Source of the DNA: Deltaproteobacteria bacterium
GTDB lineage: Bacteria > Desulfobacterota > DSM-4660 > Desulfatiglandales > HGW-15
DNA length: 64,000 bases
Reading direction: 5' to 3'
Assembly (NCBI GenBank): GCA_019310525.1
Contig: JAFDEE010000016.1
Coordinates: 3,394 to 67,393 of the forward strand
The notes under the pieces were generated by a model, which was given only the letters and a program-made list of their open reading frames with translations, had not been told where the DNA came from and did no database searches. Positions 48,001 to 59,289 of this stretch are shown piece by piece. Each line of letters opens with the position of its first letter. Position 1 is the first letter of the stretch. The position numbers were made by a program, and so were the translations under genes.

Positions 48001-48402
48001 GTGAAAGAAGAGGAAGCGAAAAAAAGGACACGGGAGACCGCGAAAAAACTTTTTTCCGGAGGCATCGAGATGTCGCCTCCTTACCACCTGTGGAAGGCCT
48101 TCGACCGTGATTTGGCCAATGATTTCTCCATGTTCATCACGGGGAATCTCTATTCGAGAGAGATTCTCACCTTGCCGGAGCGCCAGATGGCGGCCTGCGC
48201 CATGCTGGCGGCCTTGAGGGCCCACGATGAACTGAGGCTCCATGTCAATGCGGCCCTGAATGTGGGCTGTGATCCCAGGAAGCTTGCAGAGATTTTTTTC
48301 CAGCTCGCCACCTATGGCGGGATGCCGGCCGTCAATGAGGCCTTGGGCGTTTTGAAGGGTGTCCTGGAAGAACGAGGCGAGTGGCCCATCCAGGAAGGAT
48401 GA
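48001..48402 (+). CDS. carboxymuconolactone decarboxylase (AhpD-like) family protein
   Basis: The segment LTLPERQMAACAMLAALRAHDELRLHVNAALNVGCDPRKLAEIFFQLATYGGMPA is typical of the CMD family. GTG at 48001 follows AGGAGG. The ORF-track TTG at 47911 is less likely. Confidence 0.7.
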   Translation: MKEEEAKKRTRETAKKLFSGGIEMSPPYHLWKAFDRDLANDFSMFITGNLYSREILTLPERQMAACAMLAALRAHDELRLHVNAALNVGCDPRKLAEIFFQLATYGGMPAVNEALGVLKGVLEERGEWPIQEG

Positions 48403-48467
48403 TCCGGGAATCTCCAGCGGGCGGCCCACCCGGATGGAAGGGGCGCCCACAGGGAGGAGGTTCAAAG

Positions 48468-49706
48468 ATGTCATGCTCCAATCAGAAGGCCCCAAGGGCC
48501 GTTTCATGGATAAGAACGCTTCTCGCCCTGTCGGCCCTCGGCTCCATTCTTGTCTGCTTCGGGTGTTATCCCACCCTGAAGCAGGAGGTGCAGTCTCCTG
48601 AGAAGGCCCTCAAACCCGTGCGTTTTTTCCTCCCTTCCTTCCGTGACGACCTCGACCTTTCTTCCCTTGAACAGGCCATCCGGCTGAACCTCGAATACCT
48701 CGACCGACTCCCCCCGGACCGTGTCTTTCGTTACGGCCCCGATGAGTTCACGTGCTCGCAGGTTCGCGAAAGCCAGAAGAAATTCCTCCGCCTCATTGCC
48801 AAGGGCCTGGATCCTGAGACATTGAAGAAGCGGATCAAGAAAGAGTTTCGGGTCTATAAAGCCGTGGGCCGGGCCGGGAACCGACATGTTCTTTTCACCG
48901 GGTATTTCGAACCGATCTACGAGGGAAGCCTGGAGCCCGATGAGACCTTCCGATATCCTCTTTATAGGCCTCCGCCCGACCTCCTCACCATTGATTTGGG
49001 CCTTTTCAGAAAAGCCTACCAGGGGATCCGCCTCATGGCGCGGATAGAGGATGGAAGAATCCTCCCCTATTACACTCGAAAGGAAATCGAGGAGGAAGGG
49101 GTTTTGTCAGGGAAGGGGCTGGAACTGGCCTGGCTCAAGGATCCCGTCGAGGTCGCCTTCCTGCAGATCCAAGGATCCGGGCGTCTGAAGTTGAAACAGG
49201 GGGGAAGCCTTTGCGTAGGTTACGCCGCCAAGAACGGCCACCCTTTCAGATCCATCGGACGCTATCTTGTCGAGCGGGGATTCCTGAAAAGGGAGGAGCT
49301 GTCCATGCAGCGGATCCAGGAATTTCTCGCCTCTCATCCCGAGTCGAGGGATGAAGTCTTGAACCATAATCCATCCTACGTCTTTTTCCGATCCCTGGGC
49401 CAAGGATCGGTCGTGGGCAATATCAACGTTCCCCTGACCCCGGGCCGATCCCTGGCCCTGGATTCCAGGCTTTTCCCAAAAGGGGCCCTGGCCTTCATTT
49501 CGACGCAGAAACCCGTACTGGACGAGAAGGGTAAGATCCGCGGATGGAAGCCCTTTTCCCGTTTTGTGTTGAACCAGGATACCGGGGGTGCCATCCGGGG
49601 AGCGGGCAGGGCGGATCTTTTTTGCGGGAGCGGTCCCTATGCCGAGGTTGTGGCCGGGCACCTGAAGCACGACGGTGATCTTTATATTCTTATCGGAAAA
49701 CCCTGA
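48468..49706 (+). CDS. mltA: murein transglycosylase A (MltA family)
   Basis: ATG at 48468 follows GGGAGGAGG, and the N-terminus is signal/anchor-like. MltA-domain motifs TGYFEP, AFLQIQGSGRL, and the 3D domain DTGGAIRGAGRADLFCG. Confidence 0.85.
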   Translation: MSCSNQKAPRAVSWIRTLLALSALGSILVCFGCYPTLKQEVQSPEKALKPVRFFLPSFRDDLDLSSLEQAIRLNLEYLDRLPPDRVFRYGPDEFTCSQVRESQKKFLRLIAKGLDPETLKKRIKKEFRVYKAVGRAGNRHVLFTGYFEPIYEGSLEPDETFRYPLYRPPPDLLTIDLGLFRKAYQGIRLMARIEDGRILPYYTRKEIEEEGVLSGKGLELAWLKDPVEVAFLQIQGSGRLKLKQGGSLCVGYAAKNGHPFRSIGRYLVERGFLKREELSMQRIQEFLASHPESRDEVLNHNPSYVFFRSLGQGSVVGNINVPLTPGRSLALDSRLFPKGALAFISTQKPVLDEKGKIRGWKPFSRFVLNQDTGGAIRGAGRADLFCGSGPYAEVVAGHLKHDGDLYILIGKP

Positions 49707-49780
49707 AAGGCGGGGAAATCGGCCTTGCACCGGGCCTGCTCCACGAAAAGAGATCCTTCCAGGGAGAACCTTGTGACGGG

Positions 49781-51856
49781 CTAAATCCCAAACTTTGAAA
49801 AATCGGCCATCCTGGAGAAAAACCGGGACAGTTCCTGCAAGAGCCCAACCCGGTTGTTTCGAAGCCGGGGCTCTTCGCCGGTCAGGATCTCCACACCTTC
49901 AAAGAGGTCATCGACCGGTTTTCTCAACCCCGCCATGAGATTCAGCGCTTCGAAGTAGTTTTTTCCCTCCATGTTCCGGAGGACGTCGTCCTTTACCGAT
50001 TGATAAGCATCCCAAAGCGCGGTTTCACACTTTTCCTTGAAGAGGGCGGGGTCCACGGGATGAATCTCGGACTCTTTCTTCAGGATATTGGTCACCCTTT
50101 TGACCGTGAGGACCAGGGACTCGAATTCCCCGGATTGGGAGACAAAGCGATCGAGTTGCTCGATCCTGGCCCGGAGTTGAGAGATGATGTCGAAGTCCGC
50201 CGAAATGACGGCCTCGACCAGATCCGTCTTGAAATCCGAGCGAAGCATCATCTGCCTGTACCGCTCCCGGAAGAAGTCCGTCACCTTGGCTGATACAGCC
50301 CCTTCATCGAAATCGATTTCTTCCTTGAGAAGGGCGGTGGAACGGGTGATGAAATCCGTGAGGGAAAGCTCCCAGCCGAATTTCTCCAGGATTCGGATAA
50401 TGGCCAGGGCATGCCTTCGAAGGGCGAAGGGGTCTGCCGCTCCCGTGGGTTCGAGCCCCACGGCGAAACAGCCCGTTATGGTGTCCATGCGGTCAGCCGT
50501 GCCGACGGCCGCTCCGACGGCCGTGGTCGGAAGATCTCCGCCCGCCCGGTCCGGGAGGTAGTGTTCGTGGATTGCGGTACAGATCTCCTCGGGGTAACCC
50601 TCGAGCCTGGCGTATTCTTTGCCCATCACTCCTTGGAGGGATGTGAATTCCATGACCATTTCGGTTTCCAGGTCGCACTTGCACAGCTTGGCGGCAGTCC
50701 GAATTTCATCGATTTTGTCCGGGACGAATCTTTGGGCCAGGTATTCGGCCAGGCGGGTGAAACGCTGAATCTTGGCGTAAGAGGTCCCGAGGTCGGCCTG
50801 ATAGATGACCTGCTTCAGGTCTTCAAGCCGGGAGATCAGGGGGCGTTTCCTGTCTTCCTTGAAAAAGAAATCCGCGTCGGCCAGACGGGCCCGAAGGACC
50901 CTTTCGAGCCCCTTGCGTACCACCTTTTCGTCCCGCACCCGGGTGTTGTTCACGGCAACAAAGTTGGGCAACAGCCGTCCTTCCGGGTCGCGGACCGAAA
51001 AATACTTCTGATGCTTCTTCATGGCCGTGATGAGGACCGGCTCGGGGAGGCTGAGAAAGGACCTGTCGAAACCGCCGCATATCGCCGTGGGCCACTCCAC
51101 CATGTTGGTGACGGTGGCGAGTAGTTCCGGGTCCTCGCCGGGGATGCCGGAAACGGTCCCCGCAGCGGAGGCTACGGCTTCCCTTATGATCCTGGAGCGC
51201 TCCCCGGGATCGATGAGAACGTACCGTTCCCTGGTCTTTTGGAAATAGTCTTCAAGGCCGCTCACCTCGACGGCTTCAGGCGACATGAAACGGTGTCCCC
51301 TGGTCCTGTTTCCGCTCTGGACCCCGGCCGTCTCGAAAGGGATCACCTTCCCTTCGAAGAGGGCAAGTATCCAGTGAACCGGGCGAACGAAGGAAAAACC
51401 CAGGCTCCCCCACCGCATGGACTTGGGCCAGGGGATTTCCGCCACCAGGGAGGGGAGGATCTCAGGGAGTACATCGAGGGTCGGCTTCCCCTCGATCCGC
51501 CGTCTCACGAAGAGATACTCCCCTTTGGGGGTTTCCCTGCACTCCAATTCCTCAATGGGAACCCCCTGTTTTTTGGCGAATCCCAGGGCCGCCTTGGTGG
51601 GGTTCCCCTCTTCGTCATAGGCCGCCCTTTTCGGAGGACCCGTGATCTCCTGGACCGCGTCTTCCTGCTTGGCCGCCACGTTCCGGCCGATCAACACCAG
51701 ACGGCGCGGGGTCCCGTAAGTCTCAAACCCTTCCCCGATACCGATCCGCTGCTCCTTGAAGCGGGATTCGGCCAGGCGCTTGAATTCCCTGAGGGCCTCC
51801 TCCTGGTAATCCGAGGGGATCTCTTCAGTGCCGATTTCGAATAGCAATTCACCCAT
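49781..51856 (-). CDS. glyS: glycine--tRNA ligase beta subunit
   Basis: The true start [14 protein letters not shown] at 51856 overlaps the glyQ stop by 8 nt. Length is ~691 aa, typical for GlyS. Confidence 0.93.
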   Translation of the reverse strand: MGELLFEIGTEEIPSDYQEEALREFKRLAESRFKEQRIGIGEGFETYGTPRRLVLIGRNVAAKQEDAVQEITGPPKRAAYDEEGNPTKAALGFAKKQGVPIEELECRETPKGEYLFVRRRIEGKPTLDVLPEILPSLVAEIPWPKSMRWGSLGFSFVRPVHWILALFEGKVIPFETAGVQSGNRTRGHRFMSPEAVEVSGLEDYFQKTRERYVLIDPGERSRIIREAVASAAGTVSGIPGEDPELLATVTNMVEWPTAICGGFDRSFLSLPEPVLITAMKKHQKYFSVRDPEGRLLPNFVAVNNTRVRDEKVVRKGLERVLRARLADADFFFKEDRKRPLISRLEDLKQVIYQADLGTSYAKIQRFTRLAEYLAQRFVPDKIDEIRTAAKLCKCDLETEMVMEFTSLQGVMGKEYARLEGYPEEICTAIHEHYLPDRAGGDLPTTAVGAAVGTADRMDTITGCFAVGLEPTGAADPFALRRHALAIIRILEKFGWELSLTDFITRSTALLKEEIDFDEGAVSAKVTDFFRERYRQMMLRSDFKTDLVEAVISADFDIISQLRARIEQLDRFVSQSGEFESLVLTVKRVTNILKKESEIHPVDPALFKEKCETALWDAYQSVKDDVLRNMEGKNYFEALNLMAGLRKPVDDLFEGVEILTGEEPRLRNNRVGLLQELSRFFSRMADFSKFGI

Positions 51857-52787
51857 CGTTGCTCCTCTCTCGTCCATCCCCTTTCCTGTTGAGCAAGGGG
51901 TACCCCATTTCCTCTCTCTGGGCCAAGTAGTTTTTGGCCACCTTCCGGGCCAGGTTTCTGATCCGATCGATGAAGTGGGTCCTCTCCGTGACGCTGATGG
52001 CGCCCCTGGCTTCCAGCAGGTTGAAAAGATGGGAACATTTGAGACAGTAATCATAGGCGGGCAGCACGAGACCCTCCTTGCTTACCCTGAGGGATTCCTG
52101 TTCACAGCGGTCGAACATCTCCTGGAGCATCTCGATGTCCGCGAGTTCAAAGCTGTATACCGACAGCTCCCATTCACCCTTCTTATGAATGTCTCCATAG
52201 GTGATGGTCTCGTTCCACATGAGATCGTAAACGCTTTCTTTTTCCTGGAGGTACATGGCGATTCTTTCCAGCCCGTAAGTGATTTCAACGGAAATGGGAT
52301 CCAGGCGGATGCTGCCCGCCTGCTGAAAGTAAGTAAACTGGGTGATCTCCATTCCATCCAGCCATACCTCCCACCCCAGACCGGAGGCCCCCAGGGTCGG
52401 CGATTCCCAGTCATCTTCCACGAACCGGATGTCATGGTCCAGCGGGTCGATGCCCAGGGCCTTGAGGCTGTCCAGGTAGATGTCCTGGATATCAAGGGGA
52501 GAGGGCTTGATGATCACCTGGTACTGGTAATAGTGCCCCAAACGGTTGGGATTCTCCCCGTAGCGGCCGTCGGTGGGGCGTCTGGAGGGTTCCACATAGG
52601 CCACGGACCATGGTTCGGGGCCGAGGGCTCTGAGGAGCGTGGCCGGGTTGAAGGTTCCGGCCCCTACCTCCAGGTCGTAGGGTTGCTGAATCACGCATCC
52701 CCGCTCCCCCCAGAATTTTTCCAATGTCAGGATGAGTTCTTGAAAGGTCATGGGTATACCCCGCCAATAGAGTTCGTCTTTTTTCAC
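51849..52787 (-). CDS. glyQ: glycine--tRNA ligase alpha subunit
   Basis: 312 aa. [48 protein letters not shown] is the highly conserved GlyQ N-terminus. Confidence 0.95.
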   Translation of the reverse strand: MKKDELYWRGIPMTFQELILTLEKFWGERGCVIQQPYDLEVGAGTFNPATLLRALGPEPWSVAYVEPSRRPTDGRYGENPNRLGHYYQYQVIIKPSPLDIQDIYLDSLKALGIDPLDHDIRFVEDDWESPTLGASGLGWEVWLDGMEITQFTYFQQAGSIRLDPISVEITYGLERIAMYLQEKESVYDLMWNETITYGDIHKKGEWELSVYSFELADIEMLQEMFDRCEQESLRVSKEGLVLPAYDYCLKCSHLFNLLEARGAISVTERTHFIDRIRNLARKVAKNYLAQREEMGYPLLNRKGDGRERSNDG

Positions 52788-53033
52788 CAGGCCATACTCT
52801 TAAAGTCTGAAAACCTAACACCCGCCAGTGTCGATGTCAATGAGATCTCGACTGAGGAAAGAAGAGAGCAGAGGATGCGAAATGGGCGTTGTGATTTGTC
52901 CTGATCTTTACTATGATTCACCGGTGTTTTCCCGGTCCCCTCCGGAAGGGGGTGTCCGAAGGTGCGGGATCTGGTGCCCGGTTGAACACCGTTTTCCGCC
53001 GTTTCGGCGCTGACGGACCAAAGGAGCTTAGAA

Positions 53034-53939
53034 ATGAAAGGCATAATCTTGGCCGGGGGTTCAGGGACCCGGCTTTTCCCCATCACTCGTGTGGTGAGCA
53101 AGCAGCTCATGCCGGTCTACGATAAACCCATGGTCTACTATCCCCTATCGGTTCTGATGCTCGCCGGTATCAGGGAGATCCTGGTCATTTCCACCCCCTG
53201 GGATCTTCCACGGTTCCGGGAACTTCTCGGTGACGGTTCCCGTTACGGCCTAACCCTTTCCTACGAGGAGCAGCCGAGGCCTGAGGGGTTGGCCCAGGCC
53301 TTTCTGATCGGAAAGGATTTCATCGGCAAGGATCCGGTCTGCCTGGTCCTGGGGGACAACATTTTTTACGGGCACGGGTTGCCGCGGCGGCTTAGGGCCT
53401 GTGCCCGGCTGGAGAAGGGCGGAATCATTTTCGGTTATCCGGTAAAAGAGCCCCAGCGATACGGCGTGGTCAGGTTCGATTCTAAGGGACGGGTGACGGA
53501 TATCGAGGAAAAACCTGAAAAACCTGCATCCCGCTGGGCCGTCCCCGGACTCTATTTTTACGATAACAGGGTCGTGCGTATTGCTGAGGAGTTGAAACCC
53601 TCGGCCCGGGGGGAACTGGAGATCACCGATGTCAACCTTGCCTATCTTCGAAGAGGGGAACTGCGGGTGGAGCTCCTGGGAAGGGGGTTCGCCTGGCTGG
53701 ATACAGGGACCCATGAATCTCTCCAGCAGGCGGCGAATTTTGTTCAGGCGATACAGGATCGACAGGGCCTCAAGATCTCCAGTATCGAGGAAATCGCTTT
53801 TCGACTGGGCTATATCGACCTTGAGCAACTGGAGGAACTGGCCCGGGAGATGATACAGAACGAATACGGCCGCTACCTCATGGAAATCGTGGAAGAGGAA
53901 AAGAGGGGACTTGAAGACCATGCTCGTCAGGAACCTTGA
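53034..53939 (+). CDS. rfbA: glucose-1-phosphate thymidylyltransferase
   Basis: 301 aa. [39 protein letters not shown] is the RmlA signature. Confidence 0.93.
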   Translation: MKGIILAGGSGTRLFPITRVVSKQLMPVYDKPMVYYPLSVLMLAGIREILVISTPWDLPRFRELLGDGSRYGLTLSYEEQPRPEGLAQAFLIGKDFIGKDPVCLVLGDNIFYGHGLPRRLRACARLEKGGIIFGYPVKEPQRYGVVRFDSKGRVTDIEEKPEKPASRWAVPGLYFYDNRVVRIAEELKPSARGELEITDVNLAYLRRGELRVELLGRGFAWLDTGTHESLQQAANFVQAIQDRQGLKISSIEEIAFRLGYIDLEQLEELAREMIQNEYGRYLMEIVEEEKRGLEDHARQEP

Positions 53940-54483
53940 TGAATCCATTCCCGGACTTCTTCTTGTTGAACCGCAGGTTTTCCGGGACCGCCGGGGCTTC
54001 TTCCTCGAAACCTTTCACCGGGACAAGTATAGGGCCGCAGGAATCAGGGGGCCGTTCCTCCAGGACAACCATTCCCACTCTGTGCACGGCACCCTCCGGG
54101 GTCTTCATTATCAGCTCCGGCATCCCCAGGGAAAACTGATATATGTGGTGAAGGGCGAGATCTTCGATGTGGCCGTGGATATCCGCAGGGGATCTCCCAC
54201 CTTTGGGCGGTGGGCCGCCACCATCCTTTCTTCTGAAAATAAGTGTCAGCTTTATATCCCGGAAGGATTCGCCCACGGGTTTTCTGTATTGAGCGAATCG
54301 GCCGACATAATCTATAAGTGCACGGATCTTTATGATCCGGAAGATGAATACGGTATCCTGTGGTCCGACCCGTCGATCGGGATAGATTGGCCCCTAAGGG
54401 ATCCGATTCTCTCCGACAAGGACCGCCGGAATCCAGAGTTGAAGGATGTCCCTGTCACCTTCCTGCCGGTTCTCAGGCCCTGA
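53911..54483 (+). CDS. rfbC: dTDP-4-dehydrorhamnose 3,5-epimerase
   Basis: 190 aa. [10 protein letters not shown]...RGLHYQ...[19 protein letters not shown]...GFAHGF is typical RmlC. It overlaps the rfbA end. Confidence 0.9.
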   Translation: MKTMLVRNLDESIPGLLLVEPQVFRDRRGFFLETFHRDKYRAAGIRGPFLQDNHSHSVHGTLRGLHYQLRHPQGKLIYVVKGEIFDVAVDIRRGSPTFGRWAATILSSENKCQLYIPEGFAHGFSVLSESADIIYKCTDLYDPEDEYGILWSDPSIGIDWPLRDPILSDKDRRNPELKDVPVTFLPVLRP

Positions 54484-54803
54484 AACTCCACGGAGGGGCC
54501 TCCCCCGCCCCCATAACAGACCCTCAATACCCTTGCCAGCCAACAAAACCGCATTCCCAGCGCTTTTCCATCTAAAAGGCGGGAGAAATAGCTGCAGGGA
54601 AAGGGAAGGGGAGGTGCAGGAGGCTGAAACCATCGCCGGTACTGCCCTGTCGGCGCCATGGAAGTCTTAACTTCGAGTCTGTATCTGCCGATAGACACTA
54701 AAAGGAGGCCATTCCGGAAGAGTTGGGTTAAAGAGGCGCTCAACACTTCCCCATGGTAAATCATAGTTTAATTTAATTAAAAACTATTTAACGCAAATAA
54801 AGC

Positions 54804-54832
54804 TTGAAATTTAAAATGGATTATGATATAGA
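54804..54832 (+). promoter_or_regulatory. candidate sigma70-type promoter (TTGAAA - 17 nt - TATAGA) in an AT-rich island
   Basis: Read directly from the sequence. It lies within the markedly AT-rich stretch ~54765-54930, upstream of the HDOD kinase gene. Confidence 0.3.
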
Positions 54833-54993
54833 AAATTTTCTTGCCTGATTCTTGCTCAACGAAAGGCTGTTTTACGTCTCTTTCGCGATGAAACTGGTAT
54901 GAATGAATACTTTTTATCACAGCAAACGATATGGGCTCCCTGCGGCAGGCAAACAGGGGAGTCCCTGTGTGTTTCCCGGTGGGTGTGTTAAAG

Positions 54994-57150
54994 ATGAATG
55001 TTCAAAGCCCTCTTTTTGAGCAGATTTCCACCCTGAAAAATCTCCCTTCCCTTCCCCATATCCTCTTGAAGCTTTTTGAGGCCTGCAACCGGGAAGACAG
55101 CAGCCTCAAGGAGATCTCGGGAATCGTCGGCAAGGACCCATCCCTGAGCGCAAGAATGCTCAGGTTGGTCAATTCCGCCTATTTCGGATTGTCGCAAAAA
55201 ATAGACGATATCGGGCAGGCCGTCGTTCTCGTGGGGATCAGGGGCGTGAAAAATATGGCCGTCTGCGCTTGCGTCTACGAGGCCTTCAGGGGAACCCGGG
55301 GAAACGGAATCTTCAATCTCAAACGGTTCTGGTGGCACTCCCTGAGATGCGCTTTCCTGGCCAGGGAGATTTCCGAAAGAGTGCATTACGGCCATCCTGA
55401 CGAAGCCTTTATGTCAGGCCTGCTCCATGACATGGGCAAGCTGGTCCTATGGGTCAATTTCAGGGAAGCATACGAGGATCTCCTGAAAAGGTCCAGCGGC
55501 CGGCTCAATCTCCTACTGGAAGGGGAAGCCCGCTTGGGGGCGACCCATTGTGAAGTCGGGGCCTGGCTTCTCCACAAGTGGAATCTTCAATCTCTCGTCT
55601 CTGACCCTGTGCTTTACCACCACGAGAGTCCGGGGCGGATCATGCATTCCCTTCCCCTGGTTCAGATTGTCTATGTGGCCAATGCTCTGTGCCAGGAGTC
55701 CGGATCAGTGTCGGCGGAAGGTGAAAAGATGGCGCGGATGATCCTGGGTTTGAGTGGAGAAGAAATCGGGGAATTTCTCGCCCATTCGGACCGGGAGGCC
55801 CTGGACGTGGCCCGTTCCCTCGAGATAGAGATCGACACTTCGGAGGATCCGGGGACGGAATCCGGAGAGAAAGACCTGAAGGTGCGTAAGGCCCTTGTCC
55901 AGGAAGTCAAAAATGTTTCTCTTCTCGTCGGCACTCTCCAGGCTTACCTGGAAGTCGATGATCTGAGTGGCATCCTGGATGTGGCATCACAGGGATTGGA
56001 AATCCTTTTTGACGTGAAAAGTGCGCTGTTTTTCCTCCTGGATCCTGAAAAGGATTTCCTCATCGGGTATCTTCGCAGCAGCGAGGGCGGGTTCGTTTCA
56101 AGCCATGACCTCTCGGTTTCGTTGAAGATGAAGGACAGCCTGCCGGTGAAGAGCCTGGAAGAAGGTCGGGCGATGGATTCTTTCAGCGCACAGGTGCACT
56201 CCCCTCCCATGATCCTGGACGAGCAAGTGGTTCGGCTGCTGGGAAAGGAGGGGATCTTCTGCCATCCCATGGTGGTCCAGGGAGAATCCGTGGGGGTTCT
56301 GGTCCTGGGAGTGGATCGAAGTGAATTATCCCGGCTTACCAGTCAAACCGATCTTTTGAACGTATTCGTGCAAAAGGGAGCCCTTGCCCTCAGGCTGGAG
56401 TACTTGAGACGCAGCCGCCTGAAGACCATCCAGCGCGAGCGTATCGATGCTTCGACTGACCTGGCGCGCAAGATCATCCATGAAGTGAACAACCCCCTTG
56501 GCATTATCAAGAATTATCTCAAGATCCTGGGAATCAAGCTGGCCGAGCAGGATATAGCCCAGGAGGAGATCCGGATCATCAACGAGGAGATCGATCGGGT
56601 ATCCCAGCTTCTCCAGGAACTCTCCGGACTCACCCGGGAGAAGCCCCACCAGAGGGAAAATGTGGAGATCAACGCTTTGCTTCTGGATATTCTCAAGCTC
56701 GCGAGGGAATCCCTCCTGAAAAATTCCAAGATTGAGCTCCAACTCGACCTGGAGCGGTCCCTGCCTAAGGTCGTGGCCGAAAAGAACGGACTCAAGCAGG
56801 TTTTCATCAACCTGATCAAGAACGCAGCCGAGGCCATGAAGGATGGAGGAAACCTTCGCATACAGACCCGGCATATACAGGGAGCCGGCGGAGGGCCTGG
56901 ATCAGGGAAAGGAGCTGCCGACAAGGGATGCGTGGAGGTGACCTTCCGGGACAACGGCCCCGGCATACCCGAGGAGATCCGGGAAAAGCTGTTTGATCCT
57001 TATGTCGGAACCAAGGGCGAGGGGCATTCGGGTCTGGGTCTTTCCGTTGCCCACAACATCATTAAGTCCTTCAGGGGCAGCATCACTTGCGAGAGTGAAA
57101 CGGGTGCCGGAACAGTATTCCGAATCGAGTTGCCCGTTTCGAGTGATTAG
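54994..57150 (+). CDS. HDOD - GAF - histidine kinase
   Basis: N-terminal HDOD pattern (LPSLPHILLKLFEAC...SPSLSARMLRLVNSAYFGL...HDMGKLV). A GAF-like middle region. H-box IIHEVNNPLGIIKNY and ATPase boxes (INLIKNAAEAM, GLGLSVA). The start could be 54931 or 54994. Confidence 0.8.
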   Translation: MNVQSPLFEQISTLKNLPSLPHILLKLFEACNREDSSLKEISGIVGKDPSLSARMLRLVNSAYFGLSQKIDDIGQAVVLVGIRGVKNMAVCACVYEAFRGTRGNGIFNLKRFWWHSLRCAFLAREISERVHYGHPDEAFMSGLLHDMGKLVLWVNFREAYEDLLKRSSGRLNLLLEGEARLGATHCEVGAWLLHKWNLQSLVSDPVLYHHESPGRIMHSLPLVQIVYVANALCQESGSVSAEGEKMARMILGLSGEEIGEFLAHSDREALDVARSLEIEIDTSEDPGTESGEKDLKVRKALVQEVKNVSLLVGTLQAYLEVDDLSGILDVASQGLEILFDVKSALFFLLDPEKDFLIGYLRSSEGGFVSSHDLSVSLKMKDSLPVKSLEEGRAMDSFSAQVHSPPMILDEQVVRLLGKEGIFCHPMVVQGESVGVLVLGVDRSELSRLTSQTDLLNVFVQKGALALRLEYLRRSRLKTIQRERIDASTDLARKIIHEVNNPLGIIKNYLKILGIKLAEQDIAQEEIRIINEEIDRVSQLLQELSGLTREKPHQRENVEINALLLDILKLARESLLKNSKIELQLDLERSLPKVVAEKNGLKQVFINLIKNAAEAMKDGGNLRIQTRHIQGAGGGPGSGKGAADKGCVEVTFRDNGPGIPEEIREKLFDPYVGTKGEGHSGLGLSVAHNIIKSFRGSITCESETGAGTVFRIELPVSSD

Positions 57151-57176
57151 TACAACCTTTGTGTAGGGAGTCCCAA

Positions 57177-59240
57177 ATGTCACGAGCACCTGATATCCTG
57201 GTGGTTGATGACGAACCCCGGATGTGCGAGAGTCTGGCCTATCTCCTCAATACCCGGGAGTACCGTGTTTCCACGGCCCATTGCGGCCGCGATGCTATCG
57301 ATCTCTTGTCCAGGGGCGAGTTTGACCTGGCCCTCCTGGATATCCACTTGCCGGACATGATGGGCCATGAAATCATGGACCACATCAATGCCCATTGTCC
57401 TGAAACCGTGGTTATCGTCATAACGGGAAATGCCAATCTGGATTCGGCTGTGGCGGCATTAAGAAGAGGAGCCTATGATTACCTCCGCAAGCCCTTTGAA
57501 TTCGACGAGCTTCTCAGGACGGTCGAAAACGCCCTCAATCAAAAACGCCTGAAACGCGAGAAGGACAGCATCCACAAGCGGCTGAATATCTCCGAGGAAC
57601 GGTATCGTTACCTCGTGCAGAATTCCCCCGACATCATTTATACCCTGGATCCCCGGGGGAACTTCACCTTTGTAAGTGATGCCGTGGAGCGTCTCCTCGG
57701 ATTCAAGAGCGATCAACTGGTAGGCAAACATTACAGCACCATTGTATACGAAGAGGACCTGGACAAGGCGAAGTGGTTTTTCAATGAGAGGAGAACGGGT
57801 CCTCGGGCTTCCAGCGGAATCGAGTTGAGGTTAAAGGTCGCGGAAAGCGAGGATTCCAGAGATTGCGAGATCCGGCACCTCACCGTCGAGCTGAAATCAA
57901 CGGGGATCTATGACCGTCCGCCCAAGGAGGAAGGCAAACGGTATCTCGGAACCCACGGGGTCATACGCGACATCAGTGAGCGGAAGAGACTTCAGGCCCA
58001 GCTCCAACACGCCGAGCGGATGAAGGCCCTGGGGACTCTCTCGGGGGGAATCGCTCATGACTTCAACAACCTGCTCATGGGTATCCAGGGAAACATATCC
58101 TTGATGTTGATGGATACCGATGCGGAGCATCCCCATTACGTGCGCCTGCGAAACATCGAGGAATATGTGAAGAGCGGCGCCGACCTGACGAGACAACTCC
58201 TCGGGTTCGCAAGGGGGGGGAAGTATCAGGTCAAGGCCGCGAACCTCAACGAATTGATCCGGAAGAGTTCAGAGATGTTCGGCAGGACCAGGAAAGAGAT
58301 CCGGATCCACAGGGAACTGCAGGAGGACCTCTGGCCGGTGGAGATCGATGAGGGTCAGATCGAACAGGTGCTTCTGAATCTGTATGTCAATGCCTGGCAC
58401 GCCATGCCCCAAGGGGGGGATCTCTATCTGGAGACCCGAAACCAGAGAATCACGGAGGATGAGGCCCTGACGCACATGCTGGAAAAAGGCCCCTATGTCA
58501 GGGTTTCCGTTCGGGATACGGGCGTGGGGATGGACGAGGCCACCCAGAAGAGGATCTTTGAACCCTTTTTCACCACCAAAGAGATGGGGCGGGGCTCGGG
58601 ACTCGGTCTTGCTTCCGCCTACGGAATCATCCAGAACCACGACGGGATTATCGGTGTCCAGAGTGAAAAAGGCAAGGGTTCGGAGTTCTACATCTTTCTC
58701 CCGGCGTCGAAAAAGGCCGTTATGGAAGAAGAAGAACCCGAGAAAAGGGTGTTGAATGGAACGGAGACGGTTCTCCTTGTGGACGATGAGGAAATGATCC
58801 TCGAGGTAGGACAGGCGATGCTGGAAAAACTCGGCTACAGGGTCATAACGGCGCGAAGCGGAATGGAGGCGGTCGAGATCCTGAAGGGTGCGGATTCGTC
58901 AGGCGATATGGCGGTGGGAAGCAGGGGAGCTTCCGGCTCCAGTCGGGGCGGCGTTTCCCCGGACCTGGTCATCCTGGACATGATCATGCCTGGAATGGGG
59001 GGAGGAGAGACCTTTGATCGCCTGAAGGCCATTAATCCGGACATCAAGGTGCTCCTTTCAAGCGGCTACAGCGTGGACGGCCAGGCGAGCAAAATCCTTG
59101 AACGGGGCTGTAACGGCTTTATCCAGAAACCTTTCAATATAAATGAGCTTTCTGAAAAGATGAGAGAAATCCTGAAAGAAGACAATCCCCTCCCAAGGGC
59201 CCGTAGGGGTGAGGAGACCATGGGCTTTCATATGAATTGA
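57177..59240 (+). CDS. hybrid kinase: REC - PAS - HisKA - HATPase_c - REC
   Basis: ATG at 57177 follows AGGGAG. N-terminal receiver (ILVVDDEP...LALLDIHLPDMMG...KP) and PAS (EERYRYLVQNSPDIIYTLD). H-box AHDFNNLLMGIQG and G-box GSGLGLASA. The C-terminal receiver has a Gly/Ser-rich insertion. Confidence 0.85.
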   Translation: MSRAPDILVVDDEPRMCESLAYLLNTREYRVSTAHCGRDAIDLLSRGEFDLALLDIHLPDMMGHEIMDHINAHCPETVVIVITGNANLDSAVAALRRGAYDYLRKPFEFDELLRTVENALNQKRLKREKDSIHKRLNISEERYRYLVQNSPDIIYTLDPRGNFTFVSDAVERLLGFKSDQLVGKHYSTIVYEEDLDKAKWFFNERRTGPRASSGIELRLKVAESEDSRDCEIRHLTVELKSTGIYDRPPKEEGKRYLGTHGVIRDISERKRLQAQLQHAERMKALGTLSGGIAHDFNNLLMGIQGNISLMLMDTDAEHPHYVRLRNIEEYVKSGADLTRQLLGFARGGKYQVKAANLNELIRKSSEMFGRTRKEIRIHRELQEDLWPVEIDEGQIEQVLLNLYVNAWHAMPQGGDLYLETRNQRITEDEALTHMLEKGPYVRVSVRDTGVGMDEATQKRIFEPFFTTKEMGRGSGLGLASAYGIIQNHDGIIGVQSEKGKGSEFYIFLPASKKAVMEEEEPEKRVLNGTETVLLVDDEEMILEVGQAMLEKLGYRVITARSGMEAVEILKGADSSGDMAVGSRGASGSSRGGVSPDLVILDMIMPGMGGGETFDRLKAINPDIKVLLSSGYSVDGQASKILERGCNGFIQKPFNINELSEKMREILKEDNPLPRARRGEETMGFHMN

Positions 59241-59289
59241 ACCCTGCAACCGTATTGACTTGCCTCGGATTTTGTATAATATGGTATCA

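Noticed and set aside
47722-48507. 261-aa minus-strand ORF spanning the lpxC-CMD intergenic region and the CMD gene
   Set aside because: It is antisense to a plus-strand ORF with a recognisable CMD/AhpD-family segment and to the mltA 5' end. Its composition is arbitrary and it has no SD.
49781-52054. Long N-terminal extensions offered by the ORF track. Examples are glyS from 52054, yajC from 16210, pelE from 23913, the TPR protein from 5184, the sensor from 28874 and mltA from 48381.
   Set aside because: The extensions overlap upstream genes, are compositionally odd (Arg/Pro/Trp-rich), and internal starts with good SD sequences reproduce canonical N-termini.
58880-58960. Gly/Ser-rich insertion (GADSSGDMAVGSRGASGSSRGGVS) inside the C-terminal receiver domain of the 57177-59240 kinase
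   Set aside because: It is a low-complexity surface-loop expansion with no repeat structure at the DNA level and no motif. It is not informative on its own.
59255-59280. TTGACT ... TATAAT pair just upstream of riboswitch 1
   Set aside because: Both hexamers are near-perfect, but the spacer is only 14 nt, too short for a standard sigma70 promoter. TATAAT alone, preceded by TG, might act as an extended -10. It is left uncalled.
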